DNA from: a virus
Lineage: Duplodnaviria > Caudoviricetes
IMG/VR virus record: IMGVR_UViG_3300024252_000005
Strand: one strand, 5' to 3'
Length of the DNA: 64,000 nt
Each line of letters starts with the position of its first letter. Positions within the stretch are counted from its first letter, which is position 1. The notes below the pieces were generated by a model. It was not told the origin of the DNA. It made no database searches and was given only the letters and a program-made list of their open reading frames with translations. The translations under genes were made by a program, and so were the position numbers. Below, one piece after another: positions 37,950-48,201 of this stretch.

Positions 37950-39325
37950 TGAGTCAAAAAAGAAACTTTGCCAAATTTGGTAAACCTTTTCAAGAAAAAG
38001 TATTTCAATCAATGATTACTGATACTACGTGGTCAGCTCAAATGATTGAAGTTGTCAACCCAGATTATTTTGATTTAAAATATCTTTCTTTCTTGTGCGA
38101 AAAATATTTTGCATATTACAATAAATACAAGACTTTTCCAACATTAACTATTTTAATTACAATAATCAAAGAAGATCTATCTAAGTCTAAGGACATTGTC
38201 CTAAGAGATCAGATTATTGAATTTCTTCATAGAATGAAATCAAATCCAGACGTTGGTGATTTGCAATATGTAAAAGATAAGTCATTAGACTTTTGTAAAA
38301 GGCAAGCTTTTAAAGATGCTTTAGAAAAAAGCGTTGAGCTCATACAAACTGAAAAGTATGAATCTGTCCTAGGCATCATGAAAGAAGCAATATCTGTTGG
38401 CATGCCCAATTCTACAGGTCACAACTTCTTTGATGATATAGAAGCTAGATTTGTACAGATTAACAGGCTTGTATGTCCGACAGGTCTAGAAAGATTAGAC
38501 GCAAAAGATATACTTCGAGGAGGATTAGGTAGAGGTGAACTTGGTGTTATAGCAGCAAATACAGGCGTAGGCAAGTCTCACTTCTTAGTAGACATGGGAT
38601 GTTCTGCTATGAGAGCAGGCAAAAATGTAATACACTATACTTTTGAGCTTTCTGAACATGAAACAGGCAAAAGATATGATTCTAATCTTTGCGATATTCC
38701 AAGCAATGAAGTTATAGAAAGAAAAAAAGAAGTTATTGACAAGTATAGTAAAATGGAGCTTGGTAAACTAGTCATTAAAGAATACCCAACAGGTTCTGCA
38801 ACAGTTCTTACTCTAAGGAATCATATTGAAAAACTAACTCTTAAAGGATTTAAACCAAGTCTTGTAACTGTAGATTACGCTGATGTAATGAAATCTTCAA
38901 GAGCATATGATTCTTTGCGGCATGAGCTAAAGCTTATCTATACAGAGCTTAGAAATCTTGCTGTTGATCTTAACATTCCAATTTGGACAGCATCTCAAGC
39001 TAATAAAGATTCTTCAAAAGCAGATGTTGTAGGCTTAGAAAACCTTGGCGAGTCATATGCTAAAGCACAAGTAGCTGACGTTGTATTGTCAATCAGCAGA
39101 AAGCCTATGGAAAAGTCAGAAGGAACTGGAAGAATATTTGTTGCAAAGAATAGAGCAGGCAGAGATGGTCTGTTATTTCCTATCAATATAGATACAGCAA
39201 AGTCAAAATTTAAAATATTAGACGATTCAGAACTAACATTAAACGAAGCTGTTAAACAAGATAACAACAGTATGAAAGAAAAACTTCGAGAGAAGTGGAA
39301 AGAAGTAAATCAAAAAGATGGTTAA
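37949..39325 (+). CDS. dnaB: Replicative helicase (DnaB / T4 gp41-like)
   Basis: Walker A ANTGVGKS, FELSE, VDYAD, TASQ, KNR.G; ATG overlaps the upstream stop. Confidence 0.9.
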   Translation: MSQKRNFAKFGKPFQEKVFQSMITDTTWSAQMIEVVNPDYFDLKYLSFLCEKYFAYYNKYKTFPTLTILITIIKEDLSKSKDIVLRDQIIEFLHRMKSNPDVGDLQYVKDKSLDFCKRQAFKDALEKSVELIQTEKYESVLGIMKEAISVGMPNSTGHNFFDDIEARFVQINRLVCPTGLERLDAKDILRGGLGRGELGVIAANTGVGKSHFLVDMGCSAMRAGKNVIHYTFELSEHETGKRYDSNLCDIPSNEVIERKKEVIDKYSKMELGKLVIKEYPTGSATVLTLRNHIEKLTLKGFKPSLVTVDYADVMKSSRAYDSLRHELKLIYTELRNLAVDLNIPIWTASQANKDSSKADVVGLENLGESYAKAQVADVVLSISRKPMEKSEGTGRIFVAKNRAGRDGLLFPINIDTAKSKFKILDDSELTLNEAVKQDNNSMKEKLREKWKEVNQKDG

Positions 39326-39791
39326 CATTTATTGTAACAAAGAGCTAGAAAAAACTTTATTTAATAATGACGTAAATGAATATGCGCCTGCTTATAATAG
39401 TGAATCTGCGGGATTAGATCTATACAATGCTTCAGACGATGTTGTTATAATGCCTCAAGATTTTGGCTATAGAGGAGAACTAATTAAAACTGGACTTCAT
39501 GTACTTGTCCCAAAAGGATATGTAGCTATAGTAAAAGAAAGAGGATCAATTACTAAGACACCTTTAAAGTGTAGAGCAGGCGTAGTTGATAGTGGTTATA
39601 CAGGAGAAATATTTGTAAATCTTGTAAACATTAGTAATCAAGAGTTTACAATTAAAAAAGATGGCAAACTTCCCGTTCAACTTGTTGTTGTTAAATGTGA
39701 CAATGAGTTTGACGTAATTGACGAAGAAGAATATTTAAAACTATCCCTTTCTTCTAGCAGGAAAGCCGGGAAAATAGGAAGTTCAGACTAA
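39318..39791 (+). CDS. dut: Trimeric dUTPase
   Basis: SAGLDL, RGS, GVVDSGYTGEI, QLV, GKIGSS motifs. Confidence 0.9.
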   Translation: MVNIYCNKELEKTLFNNDVNEYAPAYNSESAGLDLYNASDDVVIMPQDFGYRGELIKTGLHVLVPKGYVAIVKERGSITKTPLKCRAGVVDSGYTGEIFVNLVNISNQEFTIKKDGKLPVQLVVVKCDNEFDVIDEEEYLKLSLSSSRKAGKIGSSD

Positions 39792-39803
39792 AAAAGGAGC
39801 AAC

Positions 39804-41597
39804 GTGTTGAAAAAGTGCTATGGTATTAATATTAACTTAGAATTAGACAATAATCTTACAGATTTTTCAAAAAATCTACTAGAAAATTATTACATGGATG
39901 ACAATGAAAGCTCTCCACAGGAGAGTTTTGCTCGAGCCGCTGTAGCATTTTCAAATGACAATTTAGATCTAGCGCAAAGAATATACGATTACTCATCAAA
40001 TGGTTGGTTTATGTACTCCAGTCCAATACTATCTAATGCACCAAAAGAAAGTGAAAAATGTTTAGGGTTGCCTATTTCTTGCTTTCTTACATATGTTGAT
40101 GATTCTTTGGAAGGATTAATTGAACATTCTGATGAGCTTAGATGGATGAGCGTCAAAGGTGGAGGTGTAGGAGGACATTGGTCTAGCATAAGATCAAATA
40201 GTTCTATTTCGCCCGGGCCCATCCCTTTCCTTAAGACAGTTGATAGCGATATGACAGCATATCGACAAGGCAAAACAAGGAAAGGTTCTTACGCGGCTTA
40301 TATGGATGTATCTCATCCTGATATTATAGAGTTTTTAAATGTTAGAGTACCCACAGGAGGAGATGTCAATAGGAAATGCTTTAATCTTAATAATGCAATT
40401 AATGTTACAGACGAATTTATGAATGCTGTTGTTGAAGGAAAAGTGTGGAATCTTTTAGACCCTAATGATAAGTCTATAAGAGATACTGTTGGTGCTAGAG
40501 AACTTTGGCAAAGAATTCTAAAAATAAGATTTAGAACTGGAGAGCCTTATATTAATTTTATAGATGAAGCAAATAAGCGTCTTCCAGAATTTCAAAAAGA
40601 TTTGGGATTAAAAATTCATGGAAGTAATCTTTGCAATGAGGTCCATCTTGCAACTTCTTCTGAACGAAGTGCTGTTTGTTGTTTAAGCTCGCTTAATATT
40701 GAAAAATATGATGAGTGGAAAGATACTGAAATTGTTGAAGATCTAATAGAGTATCTAGATAATGTAATACAATTCTTTATTGATAACGCACCTGATCATC
40801 TTCAAAAGGCAAAATATTCTGCTTTTAGAGAAAGAAGTCTAGGCTTAGGTGCTATGGGATTTCATGCGTACTTGCAATTAAAAAATATTCCTTTTGAATC
40901 AGCGCTAGCAAAATCTATTAACATGAAGGTTTTTTCTCATATTCAAGCAAAAGCAAAACAAAAAACTAAGATTCTTGCTGAACTAAAAGGTGATTGTCCA
41001 GACGCTCAAGGCCTAGGTATTAGAAATGCACATCTTTTGGCAATAGCTCCTAATGCAAATTCTTCTATAATTATAGGAACAAGTCCTTCTATAGAACCAT
41101 GGAAATCGAATGCGTATACACATAGAACAAGAGTAGGATCTTATCTTGTTAAGAATCCGCGCTTAGAAAAAGTATTATCTGAATATGCTGAAAAGAAATC
41201 AAGCGATAAATCTGAACAAAAAAGATTTATTGCAAAAACTTGGAAGTCAATTATTTTAAATGAAGGATCTGTGCAACATTTAGAGTGGATGTCTGATTGG
41301 CACAAGAATGTTTATAAGACAGCATTCGAACTAGATCAAAGGTGGATAGTAGATCATGCAGGAGATAGACAACAATTCATTTGTCAGGGGCAAAGTGTTA
41401 ATCTATTTTTTCCAGCTGGAACAAACAAGTCATATGTTAATGCAGTTCATTTGAGAGCTTGGAAAAAGAAACTAAAAGGCTTATACTACTTAAGAACAAA
41501 CTCTGGTGCAGCAGCAGAAAAAGTTAGTCAAAAAGTAGAGCAAAATAAACTAAAAGACTTTATTGATGACGATGACTGTTTAAGCTGTCAAGGTTAA
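39804..41597 (+). CDS. nrdA: Class Ia ribonucleotide reductase alpha subunit (compact, no obvious ATP cone)
   Basis: PISCF, GSNLCNE, CCLSS, APNANSS, LYY, terminal CLSCQG. Confidence 0.93.
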   Translation: MLKKCYGININLELDNNLTDFSKNLLENYYMDDNESSPQESFARAAVAFSNDNLDLAQRIYDYSSNGWFMYSSPILSNAPKESEKCLGLPISCFLTYVDDSLEGLIEHSDELRWMSVKGGGVGGHWSSIRSNSSISPGPIPFLKTVDSDMTAYRQGKTRKGSYAAYMDVSHPDIIEFLNVRVPTGGDVNRKCFNLNNAINVTDEFMNAVVEGKVWNLLDPNDKSIRDTVGARELWQRILKIRFRTGEPYINFIDEANKRLPEFQKDLGLKIHGSNLCNEVHLATSSERSAVCCLSSLNIEKYDEWKDTEIVEDLIEYLDNVIQFFIDNAPDHLQKAKYSAFRERSLGLGAMGFHAYLQLKNIPFESALAKSINMKVFSHIQAKAKQKTKILAELKGDCPDAQGLGIRNAHLLAIAPNANSSIIIGTSPSIEPWKSNAYTHRTRVGSYLVKNPRLEKVLSEYAEKKSSDKSEQKRFIAKTWKSIILNEGSVQHLEWMSDWHKNVYKTAFELDQRWIVDHAGDRQQFICQGQSVNLFFPAGTNKSYVNAVHLRAWKKKLKGLYYLRTNSGAAAEKVSQKVEQNKLKDFIDDDDCLSCQG

Positions 41598-42271
41598 ATA
41601 TTTTTTATTTTTTCTAAATATTCTTCTTTTGACATTGTTATCTCTATAGGATTTTTTTCTATTCTATAACCTTCAAACTTTAAATCTTTTCTAGAGTTAC
41701 ATAGTTCTTCTATATTTGTTAGGTTTGTTGTACTATCTTCCCATATACATACTTTTTTAATTGTAGGATGATCGTCTAATACTTTAGATATTTTGTCAAC
41801 TTTAAACTTTGCAGTATCTCTATCATCAGGCTGAAGAAAATATTTGTCTTTGTCAAAAGTCAAATTAACATTGTCCATCATTTCTTTTATATGATCTTTC
41901 AAAACGACTTCTCTTCCCGTACAAAACATATTGTATACATAGCTTTTACTTTGAGATTCAATTGCAGAAAGCAAAACGTCTTTTTTCCAAAGACCAGAGC
42001 TTAATGTCGGGTTTTTATTCATAAAAGGAGGACCAAGGCTTTGTGGACTAGTATCCCAGTCTTCGTTTATCTCATGAGATCTAACTGGAGGATTATCTTG
42101 ATCCCACATCATATATACATCGTAATCTTCGTACCACCATTTAGGTGGGTAAGGACTTCTAAAAAGAGTGTCATCAAAGTCATACATATGCAATTCAGTA
42201 TACTCAGATTCTCCTTCATTAATAAATCTTTGCCAAGATTCGAATAAAACTCGATAATCTTTATTTTTCAT
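41594..42271 (-). CDS. HAD-superfamily hydrolase
   Basis: Motif I DFDDTLF, CTGR, K.DKI, WEDS. Confidence 0.75.
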   Translation of the reverse strand: MKNKDYRVLFESWQRFINEGESEYTELHMYDFDDTLFRSPYPPKWWYEDYDVYMMWDQDNPPVRSHEINEDWDTSPQSLGPPFMNKNPTLSSGLWKKDVLLSAIESQSKSYVYNMFCTGREVVLKDHIKEMMDNVNLTFDKDKYFLQPDDRDTAKFKVDKISKVLDDHPTIKKVCIWEDSTTNLTNIEELCNSRKDLKFEGYRIEKNPIEITMSKEEYLEKIKNI

Positions 42272-42337
42272 TCAATATTCCTTATGTAAAATATATAAAT
42301 ATAATATATAATATACATATAATTTAAAGGATACAAA

Positions 42338-42868
42338 ATGTCTTACAAAGATATTAAAATTTATACAGAAAACTATCTAAATACAATAAATGATAATTTA
42401 ATTCCTGATGTCGCCGCAGTTATTATTATTAGAGACAACAAAGCTTTAATTTTACAAAGAGGATCAACAGCACCATGGATGCCTTTAGTTTGGAATTTAC
42501 CCGGAGGTGGTATCGATAAAAATGAGACATCTGAGGAAGCAGCAAGAAGAGAAGCAAAAGAAGAAACTAATATAGACTTGACAGGATACAATTTAATTTC
42601 TCTAGGCAAAGAAGAAGATAAAGAAGGCTGGGTTTTAGAGACATTCATGACAAAGTTGGCACAAGAAATCAAGCTTTTACCTGATAACATTGTGTTAAAG
42701 AGCGAAAGAAATTCATTACTACCCTACAGTACTATAAAAGATAAACTTGGTCATACAAAAGAAATACAAGAAAATACTGACTATTCGTGGATATCTTTTG
42801 AAGATTTAAACAATTATGATTTTGTACCGAAAGTTAAAGAAAAATTAAGAAAGGCTTTTGAAGTTTAA
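42338..42868 (+). CDS. NUDIX hydrolase
   Basis: Nudix box GGGIDKNETSEEAARREAKEETNI. Confidence 0.9.
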   Translation: MSYKDIKIYTENYLNTINDNLIPDVAAVIIIRDNKALILQRGSTAPWMPLVWNLPGGGIDKNETSEEAARREAKEETNIDLTGYNLISLGKEEDKEGWVLETFMTKLAQEIKLLPDNIVLKSERNSLLPYSTIKDKLGHTKEIQENTDYSWISFEDLNNYDFVPKVKEKLRKAFEV

Positions 42869-43831
42869 ATGTCATTACTAAAATATAACAAGACATACAA
42901 ACCATTTAAATACGCATGGGCAATGGAAATTGCAGAATCACATGAAAAAATTCATTGGGGTAGCTGGGAAGCAAAGTTACAGGAGGATGTTAATCAGTGG
43001 AAAGGCGGAAAAGTATCCAAAGAAGAAAAAAATCACATTACGCAGATTCTAAGATTATTTACACAAAGTGACGTACAAGTAGGAGGTAATTATTGTGATC
43101 TGTTTATACCTAAGTTTAAAAATAATGAAATTAGGAGTATGCTATTAAGCTTTGCAAATCGTGAAGGCACGCATCAACGTAGTTATGCTCTCCTTAACGA
43201 TACATTAGGCTTGCCGGAAGAAGAGTATAGTGCGTTCTTAGAGTACAAAGAAATGTCTGACAAGATTGAATTTATGCAACAAAATGACGTCTCTACTAGA
43301 AAAGGCCTGGGCCTAGCGCTAGCACAGTCTGCTTGCAACGAAGGAATGTCGCTATTTTCAGCTTTTGTAATGCTTTTAAATTATCAGCGCTTCGGTAAAA
43401 TGAAAGGAATGTGCGAAATTGTAGAGTGGAGCATTAGAGACGAAACAATGCATGTTAAAGGTATAACACAGCTATTCAGAGAATATATTAAAGAACATCC
43501 TAGAATAGTTAATGATAAGTTTAAAAAAGAAATATATCAGATGTATAGAGATGCTGTTAAACTTGAAGACAAAGTTATTGACTTAGCCTATGAGATGGGT
43601 GCCATAGAAGGGCTAGAAAAAGAAGAAGTAAAAAGCTACATAAGATATCTAGCTGATAGGCGCCTAATTCAGTTAGGGCTTAAGCCTAACTTTAAAGTAA
43701 AAGACAATCCTCTTGACTGGATCGACTGGATAATAAATGGTGATTCTTTTAAGAATTTCTTTGAAGGTACAGTTACAGATTATAACGCAGATGGCATGAG
43801 CGGCGAAACTTGGGGTTGGGAATCTATTTGA
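42869..43831 (+). CDS. nrdB: Class Ia ribonucleotide reductase beta subunit
   Basis: FTQSD, EGTHQRSY, EG..LFS.F, IRDETMH, NFFE. Confidence 0.93.
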   Translation: MSLLKYNKTYKPFKYAWAMEIAESHEKIHWGSWEAKLQEDVNQWKGGKVSKEEKNHITQILRLFTQSDVQVGGNYCDLFIPKFKNNEIRSMLLSFANREGTHQRSYALLNDTLGLPEEEYSAFLEYKEMSDKIEFMQQNDVSTRKGLGLALAQSACNEGMSLFSAFVMLLNYQRFGKMKGMCEIVEWSIRDETMHVKGITQLFREYIKEHPRIVNDKFKKEIYQMYRDAVKLEDKVIDLAYEMGAIEGLEKEEVKSYIRYLADRRLIQLGLKPNFKVKDNPLDWIDWIINGDSFKNFFEGTVTDYNADGMSGETWGWESI

Positions 43832-43912
43832 TGAAAATTGTCAACACAAAAAATATAACTACAATACTTAATTGATATAATAACATACAGATTAAAAAAG
43901 GATTAAGCGTTA

Positions 43913-44515
43913 ATGAACTTCATTACAGAAATATCACCACTAATTAAAACTTTAGAGCTGAAAGTTGAACCAATAATAATTGTTATTAATGAATTCAACG
44001 AAGAAACATCAAACACATTTTCAGAAGCTGTAAGCTTAGCTCATAATACGGGACAAAAAGTAATACCCGTTATTATTGATTCTTATGGAGGACAAGCGTA
44101 CTCTTTACTGTCTATGATTTCTACTATAAAATCTTCTAATATTCCAATAGCAACTATAGTAAAAGGAAAAGCTATGTCATGTGGCGCAATATTGTCTTCT
44201 TTTGGTGAAGACGGTTTAAGGTTTATGGATAAAGATGCAGTACTTATGATACATGACGTATCAACTGCAGCTTTTGGAAAAGTAGAAGAATTAAAAGCAG
44301 ATGCAAGAGAAGCTGAAAGACTGAATAAGAAGCTATATGCAATGATGGCAAGAAACTGTGGCAAAGCAGACGATTACTTTCTAAACCTAATTCACGATAA
44401 AGGTCACGCTGACTGGTTTTTAGAAGCAGAAGAAGCAAAAGAGCACAACATAGTTCAGCAACTAAGAATACCTCGTCTAAAAGGCAAAGTATCAGTAGAT
44501 ATAGAGCTGGATTAA
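43913..44515 (+). CDS. clpP: ClpP-like protease
   Basis: IDSYGG, AMSCGA nucleophile, MIHD, DWFLEAEEA. Confidence 0.8.
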   Translation: MNFITEISPLIKTLELKVEPIIIVINEFNEETSNTFSEAVSLAHNTGQKVIPVIIDSYGGQAYSLLSMISTIKSSNIPIATIVKGKAMSCGAILSSFGEDGLRFMDKDAVLMIHDVSTAAFGKVEELKADAREAERLNKKLYAMMARNCGKADDYFLNLIHDKGHADWFLEAEEAKEHNIVQQLRIPRLKGKVSVDIELD

Positions 44516-44841
44516 TGAATTATAACGGAATATTTTTTGTAGTATTTTGTCTGGCATTTGCGTCTTTTATGAATATAATTGAAAACGATCCAAATAGTGA
44601 CTACTATGAAAAAAGAGTAAAAGCATTAGAAAGGCTAGAGAAGTACAATATAGAAGCAAACAATGCACTGGAAAATATTTCACTTCACTATAGATTGTCA
44701 AAAGAATCAGTAATAAATATTATTTCCAGTAATAATGATCATGGAGACGTTTTTGATTATTTTCGTAAAGAATTGGATAAAAATAAAGATTCTGATTATA
44801 GTAATAGAAAAGAAATTCCTGCTTATTATAGAGAAAATTAA
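44515..44841 (+). CDS. Hypothetical protein with N-terminal hydrophobic segment
   Basis: GIFFVVFCLAFASF hydrophobic stretch; start overlaps the upstream stop. Confidence 0.6.
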   Translation: MNYNGIFFVVFCLAFASFMNIIENDPNSDYYEKRVKALERLEKYNIEANNALENISLHYRLSKESVINIISSNNDHGDVFDYFRKELDKNKDSDYSNRKEIPAYYREN

Positions 44842-44860
44842 ATAAAATTAAGGATTATTA

Positions 44861-45643
44861 ATGGAACAATTTAAAACATTAAATAAAAATAGAGACTATG
44901 TAAAAGAGCTTCAAAGTGAAGCAGGAGTAAGTGTTGATGGTGTTTATGGACCTAATACGCATAGAGCTGCAAGAGAATACTTTGGCATGCCTATTATGAT
45001 GCATATGGGTAAAGTTGTACCTATTGACTCACCTCTAGAGATAGACTGGTCTGCATCACTATATGAGTTAGATGACGGTACAAAAAACTGGTATACAAGG
45101 AAAGCAGATCCTAAGACTATATGTGTACACTGGGGAGGTTTAAACAGCAGACACTGCTATAATGTATTTAACATGGCGAAAGGAAGACATGTATCTTCAC
45201 ACTTTCTTATTGGTAGAAATCATAAGACTGGTGAATACGAAATTTTGCAATGCTTAGACACAGGACTAGTTGCATATCATGCAGGTAAGTTTAATAAACA
45301 CTCAATTGGCGTAGACATTTGCATGCATCCTGAAGAGAAGTATTGGGAAAAAACTCAGAAGTGGTACCCAGATGCTTCTTTGCAAGTTTGCAAGATTCCT
45401 GATAGTAGAGTTAAAGGTAGGAAATGTGTGATGATTGGTGATGAGTTTGCTGATCTAAGTAGACAATTCTTGCAGGCGCTGAGAGAAGCTTCTGGTCTTT
45501 TGGAAAAGCCCGTATGTGAATCATTAGATGTAATGCCTGTAAAGGAAGCATCTGAATATAGCATCGTGGGCCATCACAACATTTCAGCAAGAAAATGGGA
45601 TGTTATTCCTTGGGCAGAAAAGCTTTATTGCGGACTAGATTAA
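44861..45643 (+). CDS. N-acetylmuramoyl-L-alanine amidase with N-terminal peptidoglycan-binding motif
   Basis: LQ..AGV.VDGVYGP.T; CVHW, SSHF, AYHAG, SIGVD, VGHH. Confidence 0.8.
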   Translation: MEQFKTLNKNRDYVKELQSEAGVSVDGVYGPNTHRAAREYFGMPIMMHMGKVVPIDSPLEIDWSASLYELDDGTKNWYTRKADPKTICVHWGGLNSRHCYNVFNMAKGRHVSSHFLIGRNHKTGEYEILQCLDTGLVAYHAGKFNKHSIGVDICMHPEEKYWEKTQKWYPDASLQVCKIPDSRVKGRKCVMIGDEFADLSRQFLQALREASGLLEKPVCESLDVMPVKEASEYSIVGHHNISARKWDVIPWAEKLYCGLD

Positions 45644-46086
45644 GTTATTGAGTAAATTATAAGTGTAGGGTAACATACATTACCGTCTTCATCTTCATGA
45701 AGCTTAGGAAACCAATTACCCGTATTGTTTGTTCTAAACTTTAGCTGCCAGTTTTTAGAACCTGAATAGGTAGGTATTAAGAACTTAGCTCTAAGAATAT
45801 AGTGACCATCATTATAAGCATCTGTAATCCCTAAGTATTCATGGCCAGTTTCACTTCCTCCCGTATCATAAGTTAATGCTAAGAATAAGTTATGATTAAT
45901 ACTAGAATTGCTGTGTGAAACAAACGAGAAATCATAGACAATATAGCTTGCATCTTCGTGAGGTTCATACGAAGCATTAGATCCTGTAATAGTTGTATAA
46001 GTACTTGTGCCTAATTGCGAAGATACACTAGCATCTATGTTTTTATAAACTTTTTGAATGATTTTTTCTTTTTTAATATAACTCAT
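45640..46086 (-). CDS. M[ST]Y-family small protein, cassette 1 gene 3
   Basis: Starts MSY; TITGS.ASYEP...IVYDF and YSG.K.WQL motifs shared with the family. Confidence 0.75.
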   Translation of the reverse strand: MSYIKKEKIIQKVYKNIDASVSSQLGTSTYTTITGSNASYEPHEDASYIVYDFSFVSHSNSSINHNLFLALTYDTGGSETGHEYLGITDAYNDGHYILRAKFLIPTYSGSKNWQLKFRTNNTGNWFPKLHEDEDGNVCYPTLIIYSIT

Positions 46087-46562
46087 TTTATAGACTTTAT
46101 CTCTAAGAAAGGCTTTGGTGAGTAAAAAGAATCGTTCCCGGAAAGGTCGATTCTTTTTGTATATTGTGCTTTACCGCTCCCAGCAATAGCTTTCCATTGC
46201 GCTTTTAGTTGCTTACTACCATCCCAACCACTTAAAATAAATACAAAAGTTTTAAACTCTGAAGGGTATCCAGATCCTGAGTTTAAACCCCAAGAAAACT
46301 GTTGACTATTATCAACGTCTTCCCAAGAAGACGTTGAAGTATTATACTGAATAAGTTTAAAATCAAAAGTCCCGTATGATGTATTATAAAACAAGCTAGT
46401 AGAATATTCATATATCACAAAAGACGGACTGTTGTAACAATTATAAGTTATGTCTGATGCTTCTAAATCAAGTCAAGTTGTACTTGAACCCTGAGCTGAC
46501 GGACTATTTGATATGTTAGTTTGAACATTAAAAATATTTCTTTCTGTACTAAGGTATGACAT
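46083..46562 (-). pseudogene. M[ST]Y-family small protein, cassette 1 gene 2, with in-frame TGA at codon 30
   Basis: ATG TCA TAC at 46562 is in frame with the 46083..46418 ORF; TGA at 46475-46473 lies where a paralogue has Trp. Confidence 0.7.
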
Positions 46563-46563
46563 T

Positions 46564-47013
46564 TCACTTTGTCCCAACACAAGAAACTATAGGATCGAAA
46601 AATTTTGTATTTTCTTTGTTAGAATGTAAATAACCTTCCAAGCTGTCAGATTCTTCTTTACATTCTATTTTTAATTGTTTAGCACCTGCCCAAGCATTCA
46701 AAAGAAACTTTATACATACTTGATTTGAGCCGGCTTTTTTTGTTTTTATTGTCATGTATGCACCATTTATTACATCCCATTCGTTAGTACCAGTATTGTA
46801 CTCTAATATCCTGAAATTTATCTTTGATGTTTCATCTTTATATGTCCAAGAAGTGACATACTCATATACTACTTTTTCTGTAATAGAAAAAGGTTCATAA
46901 GTAATTTCAGAGCCTAATGCTGTAGAAAAAGAATTTGTTAAGTCTTGTCTAGCTGTAGTCGTATACTTTGACATCTTTTTATTGTAAAAAGCAGAGTATT
47001 TTAAATATGACAT
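46564..47013 (-). CDS. M[ST]Y-family small protein, cassette 1 gene 1
   Basis: MSY start at 47013; GSEITYEP...KVVYEY, W.G.KQLKI. Confidence 0.75.
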   Translation of the reverse strand: MSYLKYSAFYNKKMSKYTTTARQDLTNSFSTALGSEITYEPFSITEKVVYEYVTSWTYKDETSKINFRILEYNTGTNEWDVINGAYMTIKTKKAGSNQVCIKFLLNAWAGAKQLKIECKEESDSLEGYLHSNKENTKFFDPIVSCVGTK

Positions 47014-47060
47014 AATTTTATTGTAAACTTTCAAATTAATAATATAATAACAATATAAAT

Positions 47061-47774
47061 ATGGAAAAGGTTGGAAATTTAGTGAAAAAAAAATATTTAT
47101 ATGCTGACAATATTGGTTTTTTAGATCTAGTGCAATATATGGGAGAAGATATAACTGTAGTAAACTCTGCTAGAGTATCTTTTGGAGTTCAAAAATCAGA
47201 AATTGATAGCAAAGACAAAAAGTTAATTAACTATTTAGTTAAACACAAACATACTTCTACATTAGAACATAATATTGTAACGTTTAGAATCAAAGTTCCT
47301 TTGTTTGTAAGAAGCCAGCATCATAGACACAGAACATGGTCATACAATGAAATATCTAGAAGATATACAGACTATAATATAGAATTTTATACTCCAAAAA
47401 GTTTTAGAACTCAGCATAAAACAAATAGACAAGCATCTAGCTCTGAAGATTTGATTGATCCTAAAGTATATTTAAGTAGCTGGAGTGGCGAAGCAAAAGT
47501 ATCAGAGCTGTATAAAGAGCATTGTAGAGAATCTTTAGACTTATTTAATAATTTTGTTGAATCAGGTGTCTGTAAAGAGCAAGCAAGAGGAATTTTGCCA
47601 CAAACAATGTACACAGAATACTATGCAACAGCAAATCTAAATAATGTTCTCAAGTTTATAGAGCTTAGAACGCATGAAGGAGCACAATGGGAGATTCAAC
47701 AGCTAGCAATTAAAATGCTAGATATCATTAAAGAGCTTTGGCCAATTACAGTTGAAAGTTATATTAATAAATAA
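47061..47774 (+). CDS. thyX: Flavin-dependent thymidylate synthase
   Basis: RVS, HTSTLEH, RHRTWSYNEISRRY, ARGILP, AQWEI. Confidence 0.95.
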   Translation: MEKVGNLVKKKYLYADNIGFLDLVQYMGEDITVVNSARVSFGVQKSEIDSKDKKLINYLVKHKHTSTLEHNIVTFRIKVPLFVRSQHHRHRTWSYNEISRRYTDYNIEFYTPKSFRTQHKTNRQASSSEDLIDPKVYLSSWSGEAKVSELYKEHCRESLDLFNNFVESGVCKEQARGILPQTMYTEYYATANLNNVLKFIELRTHEGAQWEIQQLAIKMLDIIKELWPITVESYINK

Positions 47775-47819
47775 ACGAACACAGTAATATTTAGTATAGT
47801 ATAAAAAAGGATTTATATT

Positions 47820-48188
47820 ATGCTAAAAAAAAATAAACTATTACTTGAAAGACACAGTGATTTATTAAATACATTAGTTAGATGCAGAATTAAAATAGAA
47901 GAAAGAGAAGACCCGACAGTTCTTGATATCATGACAGATATAAGAGCATTACCCGGGATTGTTACAGTAAGACAGACTCTCAAGGTTACAGATGTTGTTA
48001 CTTCTTATGGTCACAGATTAATTGAATTAAATGTATCTTATATACCTGCTTTTATAGAAGAAAAAGATAAATTTATGACAGTTGTTAAATCTTTAAAAAA
48101 AGTAGAAGGAATTGACATGGTAAAAGTTATTGAACACGACGATGACTCTTTGAATAGACAATTGCAAAAGAGACCATTGATAATTTAA
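47820..48188 (+). CDS. Hypothetical protein
   Basis: AAAGGA SD; DIRALPGIVTV core. Confidence 0.7.
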   Translation: MLKKNKLLLERHSDLLNTLVRCRIKIEEREDPTVLDIMTDIRALPGIVTVRQTLKVTDVVTSYGHRLIELNVSYIPAFIEEKDKFMTVVKSLKKVEGIDMVKVIEHDDDSLNRQLQKRPLII

Positions 48189-48201
48189 AAAAAGGATAGA
48201 T

